A DNA stretch of 38,109 nt from a virus (Duplodnaviria; Caudoviricetes). Shown one piece after another: positions 37,001 through 38,109 of the stretch. The notes beneath the pieces are model-generated. The model was given only the letters and a program-made list of their open reading frames with translations. It made no database searches and had not been told where the DNA came from. The first letter of the stretch is position 1. Every line of letters starts with the position of its first letter. The stretch is from the IMG/VR virus record IMGVR_UViG_3300027887_000029, positions 1-38,109 of that record; one strand, 5' to 3'. The translations under genes were made by a program, and so were the position numbers.

Positions 37001-37393
37001 ACTTCCTGAACTACCACTTGATCCACTAGAACCAGATATTCCACTAGAACCACTACTACCACTTGATCCAGCAGCACCAGCTATAGCAGTCCCACCCATA
37101 CCTACAGCTATTGAATGGTCATGGTCAGGAAGACTTCCTCGTAAATTTGAACTAACTATACCAACTCTAACTGTTTCTAAATTTGAAGTAATATCTTGAG
37201 AAACAGTTGTAGTTTCTATTACACTAATATCTGCTGTAGAATCATAATATACTTTATATATATTCCCAATTTTAATACCATCAGATTTACAATCACAACG
37301 AACACCTCTTCCAGTATTGAATAGTAAAGATTGATCTCCTTCTACGTAAAATCTTTTACTATCTAAAAAGAAAGCAGTTATTCCGCTTGACAT
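34019..37393 (-). CDS. Collagen-like (Gly-X-Y) Ser/Thr-rich fibre protein, 1124 aa
   Basis: Three GSS/GTS blocks separated by a globular insert and a CBM5/12-like W..STAY..ND module; N- and C-terminal globular domains. Confidence 0.85.
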   Translation of the reverse strand: MSSGITAFFLDSKRFYVEGDQSLLFNTGRGVRCDCKSDGIKIGNIYKVYYDSTADISVIETTTVSQDITSNLETVRVGIVSSNLRGSLPDHDHSIAVGMGGTAIAGAAGSSGSSGSSGISGSSGSSGSSGSSGTSGSSGSSGSSGSSGSSGSSGSSGSSGAEGSSGSSGTSGSSGSSGTSGSSGSSGSSGTSGSSGSSGSSGSSGTSGSSGSSGSSGSAGSSGTSGSSGSSGSSGSSGSTGSSGSSGTSGSSGSSGTSGSSGSSGTSGSAGSSGTSGTRGTSGSSGSSGSSGTSGSSGSSGTSGSSGSSGTSGSSGSSGSSGSAGSSGTAGQAGDRYTTTSSTELDLGDDPQTLTVETGLQLSVGQSIVVANDASHKFEGTITSYNPLTGELIVDVTTTTGVGTFSDWDVSLAGAPGPAGSSGSSGSSGTSGSSGSSGTSGSSGSSGSSGSSGSSGQTGAPGSSGSSGTSGSSGSSGTSGSSGSSGTSGSSGSSGTSGSSGSSGTSGSSGSSGTSGSSGSSGTSGSSGSSGTSGSSGSSGTSGSSGSSGSSGSSGAPGSSGSSGSSGTSGSSGSSGSSGATGAPGSSGSSGTSGSSGSSGTSGSSGSSGTSGSSGSSGTSGSSGSSGTSGTRGTSGSSGSSGSSGTSGSSGTSGSSGSSGTSGSSGSSGSSGSSGETGSSGSSGSSGADGSSGSSGANGSSGSSGSSGANGSSGSSGSSGSSGTSGSSGSSGTSGSSGSSGTSGSSGSSGTSGSSGSSGTSGTRGTSGSSGSSGSSGTSGSSGSSGTSGSSGSSGTAGSAGTAGAAGGTPYPWEGTWATSTAYHENDCIQSDGSGYVCETDHTSGTFADDLSAGRWTLLVQAGTSGSSGSSGSSGTSGTRGTSGSSGSSGTSGSSGSSGTSGSSGSSGTSGSSGSSGSSGSSGTSGTSGSNGSSGTSGSSGSSGTSGSSGSSGTSGSSGSSGSSGSSGSSGETVLKYALTGDQVVTGTAAMTNMSGFSFNLAAGGYYNFEAFFIYQSASTACGIGITMSLSTLSWTNFAATIEAAGAAGASQAVSAMTTGIYAGGSTSVQFATVQAAGTNYALFMRGACLVNAGGSVQIMFRSETASLTCTMKAGSNMRFWKVA
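34480..37080 (-). repeat. Degenerate 9-bp-period coding repeats in three blocks (~36391-37080, ~34970-36157, ~34480-34808)
   Basis: Gly at every third codon; Ser codons mixed (TCA/TCT/AGT/AGC). Confidence 0.95.
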
Positions 37394-38016
37394 TTAGTTT
37401 CCCTCTCAAATAATACCAAGGAATAATAATCATTCCAAAAACTTCTATTAATATTAGCTTTAGAATTACAAGATGTACATGTTGTTATTAAATTAATTGG
37501 ATCACAATCTTTCTTAATATAGTTTATATGATGTAAATAAAGAGGTTGATTATAAACTTTTAAACTTAGTTGTTCTGTAATACCACAATTTTGACAAGTA
37601 TTTCCATCTCTTTTTTTTATATCTTTTTTGTATTGTTCATCACTCCAAACCTCACAATATGGTTCAAAGCTAATTCCGCCTTTCCAATTAGAAGATAATG
37701 GACCAACATACATAGATAATTTTCTTTTAGTTTCTTTTTTATGTTTAAATTTTCTACCTTTGCTTTTTTCTCCAATTTTTCTTTTTGTTTCTTCTGAATG
37801 TTTAAAACCCAAAGTATAAGTATTTCCTTTCATTCTTTTAGATAATTTGTTTTTATATTCATCAGAATGTGTTTTTTTAAACATTCCGTTATTTATACCA
37901 GTATTATCATAGTGATTTTTTTTCTGTTCTTCAGTCCATTTCCATGTCTTTCCATAAACAGGATTACCTTCTCCACATCTTTTTGCCTTTGCTTCTTCTG
38001 ACCAACCTGATGACAT
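37378..38016 (-). CDS. NUMOD3 HNH homing endonuclease (HHINY type)
   Basis: GFKHSEETKRKI, WKGGISFEPYC, LHHINY, INLITTCTSCN; similar to 22128..22829. Confidence 0.87.
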   Translation of the reverse strand: MSSGWSEEAKAKRCGEGNPVYGKTWKWTEEQKKNHYDNTGINNGMFKKTHSDEYKNKLSKRMKGNTYTLGFKHSEETKRKIGEKSKGRKFKHKKETKRKLSMYVGPLSSNWKGGISFEPYCEVWSDEQYKKDIKKRDGNTCQNCGITEQLSLKVYNQPLYLHHINYIKKDCDPINLITTCTSCNSKANINRSFWNDYYSLVLFERETKCQAE

Positions 38017-38109
38017 TCTTTAATCCTCCACCAGAAGGGTTCTATATATATATTTGTTCTGGTTTTGTTCCTGCAAAAAGTTTAAAATTTTGTAGTAGAA
38101 GTTTAAACA
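38011..38109. repeat. 99-bp exact terminal direct repeat (copy 2)
   Basis: Identical to 1-99; the length is typical of an assembler k-mer overlap. Confidence 0.97.

Noticed and set aside
34468-37077. Long Val/Gln/Leu-rich ORFs (34468..34791, 34816..36120, 36358..37077)
   Set aside because: Stop-free shadow frames created by the GSS/GTS codon repeats of the fibre gene
34480-37080. CRISPR array or DGR template/variable repeats
   Set aside because: There is no constant repeat with unique spacers, no reverse transcriptase and no adenine-specific mismatch pair; the periodicity is 9-bp coding
5229-37819. Short antisense or nested ORFs in the track (e.g. 5229, 7384, 9510, 10428, 15518, 17443, 17938, 19001, 19323, 23195, 27537, 32706, 37628)
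   Set aside because: They overlap well-supported genes and have shadow-like composition
93-38016. Stop-codon reassignment
   Set aside because: Conserved genes are full length in the standard code, and TAA, TAG and TGA all end genes at tight junctions

Overview
This window is an apparently complete, circularly assembled, AT-rich tailed-phage (siphovirus-type) genome of about 38,010 bp; bases 1-99 are repeated exactly at 38011-38109. On the circle, one ~33-kb minus-strand block starts at 23901 and wraps through the contig ends to 28864. It encodes a Zn-ribbon/alphaCTD-like protein, terminase subunits, a portal-MuF fusion, HK97-type protease and capsid, connectors, two tail-tube paralogues, a G/GT frameshift chaperone, tape measure and a lambda-like M-L-K-I-J tail tip. 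It continues with accessory tip proteins, a ~245-triplet Gly-Ser/Thr-Ser collagen-like fibre, a Maf/DUF115-methyltransferase fusion, a radical SAM/SPASM enzyme and a holin-like protein. A ~4.9-kb plus-strand block holds only small ORFs and an ~800-bp non-coding region. I recognise no polymerase, helicase, primase, integrase, cI-type repressor or endolysin. Eight free-standing HNH-type genes (mostly NUMOD3-type N-termini) take about 12% of the genome, and five have altered catalytic motifs. The most notable signals are: (1) a candidate fibre-glycosylation/modification module; (2) a three-copy, covarying three-way-junction leader RNA, two copies in front of probably nuclease-dead HNH genes; (3) an intergenic AGAACAAA promoter-like motif embedded in translation-start-masking hairpins. 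All product calls come from motif recognition by eye, with no database searches.
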